This document shows positions 63,916 to 64,000 of a DNA stretch of 64,000 bases, in pieces. The translations under genes were made by a program, and so were the position numbers. Source of the stretch: Octopus bimaculoides (taxonomy: Eukaryota); assembly GCF_001194135.2 (NCBI RefSeq), contig NC_068994.1, positions 4,774,490 through 4,838,489 of the forward strand, in the 5' to 3' direction. Every line of letters starts with the position of its first letter. Position 1 is the stretch's first letter. The notes under the pieces were generated by a model. It saw only the letters and a program-made list of their open reading frames with translations. It was not told the origin of the DNA and made no database searches.

Positions 63916-64000
<85 letters not shown>
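63916..64000. repeat. (TA)n microsatellite, representative of dozens of (TA)/(TG)/(TATG) tracts that flank most assembly gaps
   Basis: Direct reading. Confidence 0.95.

Noticed and set aside
57600-64000. Many short ORFs rich in IY/YI/VC/TH repeats
   Set aside because: They are translations of dinucleotide and tetranucleotide microsatellites with no coding signal.

Overview
Eukaryotic, AT-rich, microsatellite-saturated DNA with many assembly gaps. The SINE/LINE content and tandem C2H2 zinc-finger genes strongly suggest an octopus (coleoid cephalopod) C2H2-ZNF cluster; the species is inferred, not proven. Three single-coding-exon multi-finger genes are present. ZNF-1 (minus, 1349-3316) has 10 fingers and a long polyQ tract. 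ZNF-2 (plus, true start 27786, frame broken only by a 13-N gap, stop 30186) has 16 fingers. ZNF-3 (minus, 43225-45942) has 22 fingers. ZNF-2 and ZNF-3 are convergent paralogues sharing an N-terminal MYP[IV]Q start, an unusual NQFFL finger type, short linkers and a Trp-rich C-terminal motif. The rest is repeats: several tRNA-derived SINE families, RTE LINE remnants, an R4/Dong-like remnant inside (TAA)n, a deleted mariner and TTAA/piggyBac-type MITEs. The least expected signal is a set of hammerhead-ribozyme motifs of the Penelope-like-element type. One type I motif lies at 7147-7237, two type I motifs form the arms of a ~117-bp inverted repeat at 25174-25416, and a decayed type III-like motif lies at 63080-63131. 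All structures were paired by eye; no folding program or database search was run.
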